Shown here one piece after another: positions 13,201 through 25,200 of a DNA stretch of 64,000 nucleotides. Position 1 is the first letter of the stretch. Each line of letters opens with the position of its first letter. Under the pieces are notes generated by a model. It ran no database searches. It was not told where the DNA came from and saw nothing but the letters and a program-made list of their open reading frames with translations. Both the position numbers and the translations under genes were made by a program. Source of the stretch: Blasia pusilla (lineage: Eukaryota); the NCBI GenBank assembly GCA_050084515.1, contig CM114271.1, positions 18,600,001-18,664,000 on the forward strand, read 5' to 3'.

Positions 13201-16200
13201 TGGCATGGCTATGTGGCCACAGTCAGGAGGTCGCACTTCCATTGGACACTCTGACTCCAACTTCCTCGACATCAGTGGTTGACCACCTGATTGAGGAAGT
13301 ACATCAACTACCACATCTGGTTGCCAATGTGCACGTCACACCCGTTCTAGAATCTGATCATGAACCACTCTACTTTGACATCATGGTCTCCAAAACCATC
13401 CCAGAGGCTGCAGAAAAATTAACCCTGCCGACCAAATGTCGATACACTTTCCTTCAGGAAAAGAAAGATGAACTCATCACACTTGTCAACAAGGCTCTTA
13501 CAGAGTGCTCACCCACAGTGAACACGACTGAGTTCAGCGACATCCTACATCAATGTTGCAGAAAAGTCCTACCTTTCCAACTGTCTGGAGGCAAACACAT
13601 TAGATCCACTTCTACGTTCTTCTCCCAACCCTGGTTTGACAAGGACTGCAAAGAGGCCCGCAGGGAGCTGAATCACCGGCTGAGGGAGGATCCACACTCT
13701 GCACACACTCGATTGTTGCAGAAAACTTACAAACCATTGGTATGTAGGAAGAAACACAAATACATTGCCATCAAGATCACAGAGTTCACAGAACAGATGA
13801 AATACCAATCGGCCAAATTCTGGAGAATACTCAGGAATAGACAGAACATCATTCCACTCCAGGATCTACAGATCTGGACCACATATGGTACCCAATTTTA
13901 CCACTCCAACACTGCCGCTCCCACCGACCCCTGGCCGAATGGGCTTCAGGGTCTACCGGACCTCTTCACCATTGACGATGTCACATCAGGAATCAGAAGG
14001 CTACATAACAAACCAGAGGATGTCCTTGGGTGCCAGGCTCAAATGTTCAAATTCGCAAGTGAGGCAATTGGCCCAACCCTCACCAGAATGTTCAATACTG
14101 CAGTTCAACAGGCTTCCCACCAGAATGGCAAATGAATACGATCTACCCACTCTTCAAGGCTGGAGACCCAATGATACCATCCAACTACAGAACGATCATG
14201 GTGAGCTCCCTCATGGCCAAGTTGTATGGGCTACTGCTGGAAAGGAAAATCAGCGACTGGGCTGAAGCAAAGAAGGTGCGAGCCAGAGGACAAGCAGGTT
14301 TCCGACACTCACATAGCACCCTGGATCACCTTCTCACACTCGGGGTACTTACTGATTGAAGAAACTTCCAAGTCGAGAATTGGTCACAAGCCCGGTAAAT
14401 TGTTCTGCTGTTTTGTAGACTTCAAGAAGGCCTTTGACACAGTCCCAAGGGCGCTCCTTTGGAAACGACTTGAAGAGTTGGGTGTCCCACCACAACAACT
14501 TACAGCAATCAAGGTCTTATATGCTCAGGTGTTTGCACAGATTGCCACTAAAAGGGGCAGATCTGAAACTTTATCTTCCAACACCGGATTCAAACAAGGA
14601 TACCCCCTCTCACCTACATTGTTTGGGCTCTACATTGACGAACTTGAAGAGGTGCTTTCTGGAGTGAATGGAGATCCACCAGAGCTAGCACAATGGCTCA
14701 TCCCCCTGCTCCTGTATGCAGATGATATAGTTCTGATGTCTAGAACAGCACATGGGCTCCAACTTTACCTGAATGCACTTTCAAGCTTCTGCAACAAATC
14801 TGGCATGGAAGTCAACTTGCTGAAAACGAAGATGATGATCTTTGGATCACAGCTCCCTACGGCGCAGCGGTCACACACTTTCACCTTCAGCCAGGGAAAT
14901 GAGAAGGGAGATCATTGAGATTGTGGGTGAGTACATATACCTGGGGGTGCAACTCAAACCCAACAACCAATGGAGAGCCAATGGGAGTCGCAACAAGATC
15001 AATGCAGGCTTGAGGAGTCTACAGCTGCTACAATTTAATTGCAGAAGAATGGAAGTCTGGCATATTCCACAGAAACTCCATCTCTTCAAAGCCCTGGTGA
15101 TCCGAGCCACACTCTATGCATCTGAAGTGTGGGGCCCCAGCTCCAAGGCTTGGCCCCAGGGCCTTGAGCCCCCCCAGAAACTCTTCATGTGTCAGAGTCT
15201 GGGCATTAGGAAAACCACTCCCCACGACATTCTATTGGCTGAGTTTGGGGAGGTACCAATGGAGATCCATGCTGTTAAAAATCTGATCACATTTCTCCAA
15301 CACCTTGAGGATATCTGTGAGGATGATCCCAATCGTCTATCTGCCAGGGTCTACGTGGTTCAAAAGTAGTGCCACCCTTGGGGCTAAAAATTGGTACTAT
15401 GACTGCACAGAGTGGCTCATGTAATGGGGAATATCCATCGGTGACCTGCCTACGGCCACCCACCAGGACCTTGCTGAACAATTACACGATAATTACATTG
15501 CCATCAACTGGGGCCGACACCAGCGTCTCTGGGAAAGCAGAGGGAATTCCTCTCACAAAAATGGTGAAAGAATGAGGCGCTACCACACCTTCATGAACAA
15601 CTGCAGATCCATGCAGCAAGCCTCCTACATCTGTGCCCCCATTCCCACTAAGTTACGTCATACATTATCGAGATTCAGATGTGGCTCTACTGACCTGGAG
15701 ACTGAGAAAGGAAAATTCTCACAGAAGAAAAGGGAGGACAGATTATGTAGATTTTGCAAATCGGGGCTTGTTGATGATGAACATCACTACCTCTTCGACT
15801 GCACCTTTCACGATCACATTAGGCTTGACTTCCTGAATCTCTTTGTTCACCGAGCTCCCAGGGTCCTCCCGTTCATGACTAGGCAGAATCAGACTCAGGT
15901 TGCTAAATTCTTGCATAGTTGTGTGAAGACCAGGGACACTCACCTGGCTCTGAGGACCCCTTAGGCCATCGCGGGTGCTTGCTCTCCCTCCAAATTTGTT
16001 GTTAAGTCTCAATACTAAGTCCCATGGCAACTAGTGGACAATAAATCTATTCATTCATTCCTTGATTGAATCTTTGATTACCACCTGTATAGAGTGCTGT
16101 TGATGACTCAGCACTCCCATCCATACTCTTCATATGAGTTTCCTCTTGCAACAATTGAGGAATGAGAGCTGTCATGGTCAAATTGGGCTGGACCCTAATA

Positions 16201-19200
16201 GAAATAAAAAAACCTCTGTAACTTTGAGGTATGCTTTGCATTAGATCTACAACCTTTTCTTCTTCACTGATGACAGCCCCAGCAGGTGTCAGTTGATCCA
16301 GAATGGATGTCAAGCGATGAATGTGTTTTAGTACACTTTCACCCTCTCTCATCTTGATTGTTGACAACTGATTTTTTAGATACATCTGTGTTAACTGGGT
16401 CCTTTTGCTCGAAAAGATTGGTCATTCTCTTCCAGGCATCAGCAGATCTTGAACAATCAAATCAGTTCTCGAGCGAGTTTGAATGACAGAGGAGACAAGA
16501 CTATCTTTCTTGATCCATAGAGCTGCTGCAGCAGGTTCTAGGGGTTTCGGTTCTGCTCCCTCTGCCATCTCCATAAGTGCTTCAGATCTGAGAACCAATA
16601 TCATTCTCTGTTTCCAGACTTGAAAATAAGTTCCATCGAACTTAGGAATATCTGAAGCTCTAAGATGGGCCATTTCTTGTTGACAAGTTTCTCCTGGTCT
16701 TCCTCTCAATCTCTATGCCCTCAATTGGAGTAAGATTTCAAGCACATAAAAGCACACCCACTTTGGGTGCCTGCTTGATTTCTTTCGCCAGTCACACAGA
16801 TGTCCTTCTATAAAAACACAATGCTTCTTGGACACTCTTCTAAGACAGAACTGATCAGGCACTGCTTTTCATGACTGGTCACGGGTCCCCTATGGACTCG
16901 TTACTGCAGATATTCTTAATCCTTACTCCGAAGTTCTACCACATACCAGCTAGTATGTAGGGAGGATCCTTAATCCTATCCTGCCAATCGCTCTGATGCC
17001 ATGTTGAACATTAAGAGGACTCTAGACTGACCTTTAATTGCAGAGAAATAGTAAGCGAGCCAATAGAACAGCATGCTTCTGTAAGGAATGTGATCTGCAG
17101 CAAAGCGTGGATCATAGTTGCTCTTCAAATGCACAGGGCCCTCTATTGTGCCCTTCCTACAACAGAAATCGTGTCCTAACTAAAGAAAATGCAATTCACG
17201 TCCAGGAGTGCTGAGTCACTGACAAGTGACACCTGTTCACTGACACATTAGAGGTGAGTCACAAGAATTACCTGCCTATCCTATTATACCTGCAGAGGTG
17301 GCTAGGCATGGTGTCAATAGAGGAAGGTCCCTGGTAATCAGCTGCTTGCTGGTATCTAACAATGAGTAGGTGGCTTCTGGGTCAAATGGGTTTTTATCTT
17401 TTAGGTGGATTTGTGCAGTCTGCTATCTCTAGTCAGATATCTAGATTATTGTAGAACATTGAGATTCCTAGGGCGGTATTAGCTCCTATTTTGTGTTACT
17501 TGTCTTGCATGATTTGGGGTACCTAGGTAAAGCAGTCCTAATTTCTAGTTCCATGGCTGTATTGACTTTCCATCATTGCAAGTGAGTGATGTCATTGATT
17601 CCCTCCTAGCCTAGAGCTAAAACATTTGCCAGAAGCTCAAACAGTTTTCTTATCAGCATGGAAGAGTAAGTACCCTTACCTGAAGAAGATCATTGAAGAG
17701 AATTAACATTTTCTAATCAGTAAGAGTGTGGAACTTATAACAGCCCAATTTCATTTCAGATCCTTTGTTCTCCTCTCATTCCTTCTCTTTGTTTTATTTG
17801 TTTCTCTTGGTTGACTCTTGGAAGCTAGGCAGGGACATGTTGTTTGGTCAGCACTCACACTATATGAGAGTGTCTCCCTCCTCTCATATGGTACCTTCTT
17901 CACTTCTTCCTCTCTCTACACCCACCTCAGTCTCAAGCACCGTCCAACCAGGGCGTGGGGTCCATGGTTGCAAGGCTACGATTGACACTACTGAATGAGT
18001 AGAGTCTTTGTTTTGTTTGTACTTGATAACCAAAATGCGGTGCTTTCTTAAGGTCTTTGCTGCCGCATGATCGGTTTCTGTTCAGCCATGTCAATTCTCC
18101 TGGGATAGATGAGCATTGACTTCTGTTTGGCCAAGGTTTAGTAACTAGTAATAGCAGCACACGTTCTCTATCTTCGGTCTCTCTTCCAGTTTCTCTTTTT
18201 GGCCTAGACTTCCCTACAGGTACCTGCTCAGATTCCTTCTTATATCTCTGTACTGTTGGTACTGCGTGGTATCCAACAAGTCAGAGTTTGTGTGCAGTAA
18301 TGGAAACTCGAAATTCAGGGAGACAGTATTGCAATCCCCTGAGCCTACTGTCACGGGATGGTGAAGTGGAAGCAAAAGAAATGGTTATCAACTATCACTG
18401 GGTGGTTGTTGATGAAGGGCTGTGGAAGAAGACAGAAACTAGTACCCTGTCCGGATGCATTTAGTCAGATGTCTCAAATTTCCGGATCGAATTTTGCATG
18501 TTCTTTGCACTGATCTCGACCTGGGTGGTCAGCGACCTCCTGTTCTCCTATAGACTCTAAAATCAACACGCAGATTCTGTAATGCATGAGACTTGTATGG
18601 TTTTTGAATACGATGCTGATTTTTCACTGTTTTTGGATGCATGCCTACGTCAAGCATTTAATCTCTGTCATCTCTTCTTCTTTGATTCTTGGTTTATATT
18701 TATTGCACTCTCTTGTGAACTGGTTTTTATGGCTGAAAGTCTTGTTTGAACTCGACTCAATCTGTGCTTTTGACACGTTTGGAATTGCAGGATCATGAGT
18801 TCTTGAGTAAATTTGATTGGGAAGCAATGATAGTGGATGAGGGCCATCGCTGGAAGATGATGAAACCGTACCCTCCCTTGGAATACACTCCAACATTTCG
18901 ACTTATTGTGGTGAATGATCTATCTAAGGTTGTAAGCTGGTTCCTCGTTTGGGCCCTGGAGTATTAACTCTATCTGTTGTACGGGTATTTTGATAGTTCT
19001 AGTTTGTGATTGTGACATAGATGTAAGGAAAATTACAAGGATTTTTTTTGAAGGTTTGTATGTCAATCAGTATGGAATTCAGTATATATATTTGAAGATC
19101 ATAGTGTAATCCATCTAGTTATTTTACTTCACTTCTTTGATATAATTTATGTGATTCATGGAATATTTTGCCTCCAATAGTTTCTGATTAAAGTTTAGTC

Positions 19201-22200
19201 AAAATTTGACATGATGAAGGCTTGATTTGACAACTATGAGTTAACAGTCGTGAAAGTTCACAAACCGAGTCTTGAAAGTAATTTTGAATCATTTAAAAGA
19301 AATTTGAGATCCATAATCTACTGGTTAAGTTTGTGAAGGATCATAGGACTTAGGCAGAAAGTATGAATAATGGAGATTGTGGAAGGGATTTAAGAACCTA
19401 ATTCTCTTTTCCTGGGTTGGATCTTGCAGTTCAATGTGGAGGAGTTGCAACAAATCCTTCATTTTGTTGATTCTCAAAACTCATCTCAAGGTTCAGATAT
19501 TCAAGAACATCTGAAGGAGCTGATGAGAATGGTCAACTCACCTACTTGAGAGAAAAGCTGACCACGAATACAGTGACGGACTGCAATCTTGAAGAGTCAT
19601 CAAGACTGGAGTTGAAAGAGCACTGGGTTGCAGGGCATATGACGCCTATTCAAGTGCATCTGTACTGTAACACCTTGACAAAACATTTCAACGTGTTGCA
19701 TTCTGGTCGTATGCGCTCTGATCAGGACTCCTTCTCAGTGCAGGATGTGGTTTCGGAAGTTCGGCAGGTATGCTATCATGAACTTAGCACAACCACCTTG
19801 AGGAGAGATTCTTGTATGTTCCTGTATCTGCTTTGGAAGTTTGTAGAAGTGCTGCCCATAATATGACAATCTAATACCAGAATCCTGCCAAATTGTTTAC
19901 TGGAGACATGTCGGGTCATAGAGATACTTCGCTAAACAAATTTGCTTTATGTTACAATCCTGTGTGCACGAGTTTACTCACATCTTCTCTTTGCGAGTAA
20001 CAGGTTTGTGAAATCTTGGAGGTATGGGTTCTCTCCTGACAGTGGCATTATTGGGTGTTTATCCAGTGTTGCAATCATCCGTATTTGGTGGATACGAGTT
20101 TGCAAGAGTCTATCAAGCAGGAGCTTGGACCCTCCGAGTCATTATTAGATGCAGGAATTGAATTAAGTGGGAAGTTCAAAATCCTACATTTAATACTTTC
20201 TCAGTTGCATGCTGAAGGTCGTCGAGTCATTGTTCTCTGTCAGGTAATAATATCACTCTGTCCGGAGCATGTGGGCTTCTAGGAGTCATCCTGGAAGTTT
20301 TGATAATTCCAGCTTTGTTTCATTTCCCAGTTTGGGACTTTGTCTTTTTTTTCCCTGAGGATGTTTCCAACTGCTTCATCTTTTGATGATATGCTGCTTC
20401 TACACTTTGTAAAAGGATTTTAATCTATTCTCTGGTCCATTTTCTAGTAGACTTATAGCATGCTTTTCCTGTGGTTAGTATAATGAAACGTTAAAAGTTG
20501 AAGAGATTTCACATTTATTTTCCACAAACAGCTCTTCTTTGTACACTATCGTGCATTCACATTTTGCAGAAGAGGTATGACAGAAAGATGCATGTAATCA
20601 CAGCTGCATTTGTGAAGGGCAGTTTTTGATCTTGGGGGGCGGGCGGTGTTGGTTGGGCCTGTGCAGATGGCAGTACAGCTGTACTATCTTGATGACTATA
20701 TGAGGCAAAAATTTAGTTCTGACACTTACGAGCTAGTTGATTCTCGATTTTCTAGCATGAAGAAAAATGCTTCAGCTCAAAAGTTCAACGCAAAAGACTC
20801 ATCACGTTTTTGTTTTATTGTAAGGACTGGTGCCTCAGGAATTAGTCTGAAAGTCAAAGAGACAGATGCTGTCATTATTTATGACAGCGATCTGAATCCA
20901 TCAAATGACACACAGTATCTCAGAAAGTTACTTTGTAAAATGCATGGAGAGCTTCAGGTTTACAGACTTTACACCCCTTTAACTGTGGAGGAGGCATCTG
21001 TGGTCTACTTCCGTGAAAAGAGACTGGAGCCTGATAACTTCTTGAAATCTATATCAGCAAAATATTGCCAACAACTCCTGAGGTGGAAAGTGAAGGAGTT
21101 GCTTGAGGTTGATGGTACCTACTCAGCTAAGACAGCGTCATTGAAAAGAGAGCAGAAGAATGAATCTAGTAAGATGAAGGTAGACCACGCTGATGAGCTG
21201 GTAAAGAAAATATTGAAAGGGACAAATGGCGAGGATGCAGAAACCAAGTTCCCAACAGAAGATGTTATGCCTGAAGAGGAAGGAGAATATTTGAAAGACT
21301 TTTGGTCCGTTTTGCTCAGGGACAGATACGCAGACTGGCAAGCTCGTGAGAAGTTAATAAACACAGGAAAAGGTTTGAGAGCAAGGAAGAAAGTGCAGTA
21401 CAGTGAAGACATACTTGCACTGGCCTCTTATGTGGTTGTAGATGAGGAGAGTAAAAAAAGAAGGAAGAAGTCTACTGTTGTGGAACCAGGCCATTTCTTG
21501 GGACTCAGAGAAAAGACTAGGAATTCCTCATTGCAGTCATCACCATCAACACCGGGACGAGTGGAGAACTCTCAAGGAGACAGGGTTTCGCAGGGAAATA
21601 TCATTTCACCAAGAGCCAGCAATGAGTCGAAAGTTTTAGAGACTCCAAAGGAAAAGTCTATCCCTAGTCATGGAGGAGTGGCTGGGGACATCCAAGGTGA
21701 GCACCTTACAACTGAGGTGGCTGTGACTGCAGACAACCAGAAGAAGAACCCTCATGAACCTATTGTAAGGGCAACTACAAATAGAACTCAGGCTGAGATT
21801 CGCACGAAGCCTGCTTCAAGTGGGAGCATGTCAGGTTCTAAGGCTGAAGAGGGAAGGAGATTGCGCAATCAGCAGCAGCAATTACTGCTGAGCATGAGGC
21901 CAATGTTAAGTCAAATTTGCGAGGACCTTGAAGTTCCGGTGTGTACTAAACAACTTCAATGGGTTGTGATCTCAAATTTTCAGCATGAATATGTCTTTCT
22001 TGCTTTCTGGGACGTGGCCAGTGTTACATGAACTGAAGCGTCCTCAGTTTTAATTAGCTCGAGGAGTTCGATTGTTGAAATCTTAGGAAGTCAATATGTT
22101 CATTTTCCTGACGATTGTTATGATGTCTATCTAAAATGTGATTGTTTTGTGCTCTCAGGCAAGTGTTGCAAGCCATGCTCAAGAACTGTTGATTTATGTT

Positions 22201-25200
22201 ATGAACCACTTCCGCATGCCCCGAGAACCTAGAGAATTGGTTGTCATGGTGGCAATCTCTTTGGTATGTATCTTCCTGCGAACTCTCTCTTGGTTTTGAT
22301 ATGGTTTCAGCCAAACAACTTGTTAAACCAAATTTCCTTTCATGATATCCTTCACTTCTTTTGATCGCTGTACTTGTGAGTTGACCACTGGATATTGTTA
22401 AGCTATCTTACTTTCTGCCACTATTGAATTGCTGTCTGTATATCTGCCAAGCAAAGGTCTTCATGGAATGAATAAACAGTGCTAATTTTTAGAAATGCGC
22501 AGTCTTATAATATTACTACTCATGATCTGTTTGGACTGTGGTTGCAGTGCCTGGTTGCAGGGCTTCGCCTCAAGTATGATATGCAAAACTTCGCTTGTTT
22601 GTCTAAAGTGGCAGAGAAGATGAAGTTGGAATTAAAGAAAGATGATTTTCCACCCGTCTACGAGCGAGTAGAAGGTCTGTGCAAAGTTTGTCCACCACCT
22701 CCTCTCCCAACAGAGATTCGAGCAGGTCAAGAAAAGGTTTCTCAAGTGGACGTCGTTGATATTGGGACTGTTGCTCAATTAACTGGGTTACTTCCTGAAC
22801 AATCTCCACCAAGACATCTTACTGAGGAGGCCCTTGAGCAGCCTGAAATTCTTGATGATAAATCAGAGCCTGAAACTGGATTTGTCACACAAAGTATTCA
22901 AAATGGAGTGTTGCCAGATAGTCCAGAGGGTCCTCCCCATAAACCAGACAATTTACTAAGCTCTGAGTCAACACAAAGCCACGTAGAGCAAAGGCAAGGT
23001 GTGGACGTGGAACCTGAACCAACCCCGATAATTTCAACTGAACCTGGAAGATCAGAGGATCACGTGATGCCATTGGAAGCTCAATCTCCCCAGAACAAGC
23101 AAGTTCGAGCTGTAAATGATCCACAGGAGCAGGCTGTGGCTGTGGACTCTGCAATTCAGGGAGAAATTCAGGAGACAATATCTCAAAGAGACCAGGAGCA
23201 GATTCGCACTCGATTGAAATTAGATAAGGAAAAAATTTTCCAGACTCTGATGAGCAAGCAAAAGGTGGAGGTTTCTGATTTCCATGAAATGCGACAGAAA
23301 GAAAGGGAGGCTGTCCTGAAGCGACATCAGGACAAATTAACTAGCATACTGACAATGAATTTGAGTTCTGGTAGAAAAGAGGAGCTGTTGAGGCTTCAAG
23401 GAGACACACAGACTGCTGATATGAAATTGTTTGATCGGGGAATGAATGAACAACATCAGGTGCTTATTAGCAGACAGAGAGAAGCACGCGATAAATTAAA
23501 CTCTCTCTACAGTAAGTTGTTGCTTCAGGTTGTGAACGGAGCAACTCCTGATCTCTTGACAGAGGCTAGGACCGTTTTACCGAACATGGTGCCTAATTCG
23601 GTAGGAACGACTTCTCCAGAAATTTTGGGACAGGAAAGTATCCAGGCTGGTCAGGCTTCTTCATCTTCTCAGGTGCAGCAGACTCCAGAGATGCCTGCTG
23701 TTTCAAGAGAAGTTGTGATTGAGAAAGAGCCTCCACAGTCTCAACCACTACTGCAGACTCAGTGTCAAATGCAAACTCAACCTTCTTCACAATCAGTTCA
23801 TTCAACCCAGCATAGAGGCCTTCCTCAACAAGTCACTCACGTTCAGCAGAATTTGAACTACTCACAAGCACAGGGCCATATACCGCTAGGTCAAGTACCA
23901 GTTCAAACACCACAGATTCAACGACCACTGTTTCCGAGATCCCAAGTTCAGTCGCATCAACAAGAAAGTTCACAGCCGCCTCTGTATTCTCAAAGTGAGA
24001 TTCCAGCCTCATCACATGTTGGTGCAGTAGGTGAATCAAATCCATCCCTGAACTTTCATCATGGAGGAAGGCTGCAGGGAATAACTGATCAACGAATGGT
24101 CCAGCCTTCAGCTCCACAATCAAGAGGTTCCCAAATTCGAAGACCGCACCAATCCACAGCAGCACGCTCAACAACTTGTCCTACACCTTCCTGTGGTCAA
24201 GTCCTGCCAAATCACTCACGATTACAACCCCAGCATCAGCAGCAAATAAGTACCCAGGGAATGTACTTAGTGAATCCTGCCTTATCTGCGGGAGTGACTC
24301 CTGTCCTTACTCAGGTCAGACCGAACATGGTTTTGCATAATTCATCCACACTGGGACATTTTGGAATGTCTTTATCGCAAAATCAGCTGGGCCCTGATCC
24401 CCTTGCACATGAAGAGCATCGGTTAAGGAAGGAGCAGGACAAAGTGAAGCTAACATTTGAGGAGGAGGTAATTCCTTTGTTTTTATTTCGTACCTCTTCC
24501 ACCCAGGGAGAGGAGGTTGATTATCCATACTTGAGGAGCATGACCTGCTTATTATTATTAGTATCTTCTCTTCAAGTGAATCTGAAGATAATACAGCTTT
24601 CTTCTCTTCACCGGACTTGCAGATTTCTGTCCAAATGTCTTCATTGGGAATGAGGGTCGTCTTCTTCTGCTTGTCAGAGGCGTGAAAGTTATTCATGCAG
24701 TGTGTCAAGTCAAATGAACTTGACCACTCTTAAAAGGAGTGCACTTCACATTATAAGAGAGTACTTTGTGTAATTGTTGTCATGCAGACTGCTGCAGTCA
24801 AGGTGATGTATGAGAAAGAGGCAGAGGAGTTGCGGAAAAAGTTTGAAGCAATTTTGCAGGACAAGCACCGGACTATGGAGCAGAAAACGTCAACATTGCA
24901 GAGAAACCTAGAAAAGGTGGAGCGAAATCGTCGGTTGGCAGAGGCTCTGAAGTTGAGATCATCTTTGGATGCACCTCCAGCAAGAGCACTAGCTAGTAAG
25001 TTTCAGCGTCTCATTATGTTTCAGTGTTTCACTGATGGTGACCAGTAGTCCAGTTGAATATATTAGTCTTCTTGGGTGCAAGGAGATGGATGGTTATCTT
25101 GAAATCCAAGTAGTTATTTCATCTCGCACCACCATTGTTGTCTTTTTTTTGACAAGATTTTTTGAGGGACACTTAAAATTTTTTCTTTTATGCTAGAAAT

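Larger units (their letters stand above)
6958..17361 (-). mobile_element. Ty1/Copia LTR retrotransposon, full-length but decayed, inside MOM1 intron 6419-18790
   Basis: Two 360-bp TG...CA LTRs; 5-bp TSD ATGAG at 6953-6957 and 17362-17366. Minus-strand order: gag, CCHC knuckle, protease (WYVDTGAT), integrase (LRCDYGGEY), RT ([14 protein letters not shown]), RNase H ([17 protein letters not shown]). Confidence 0.96.
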
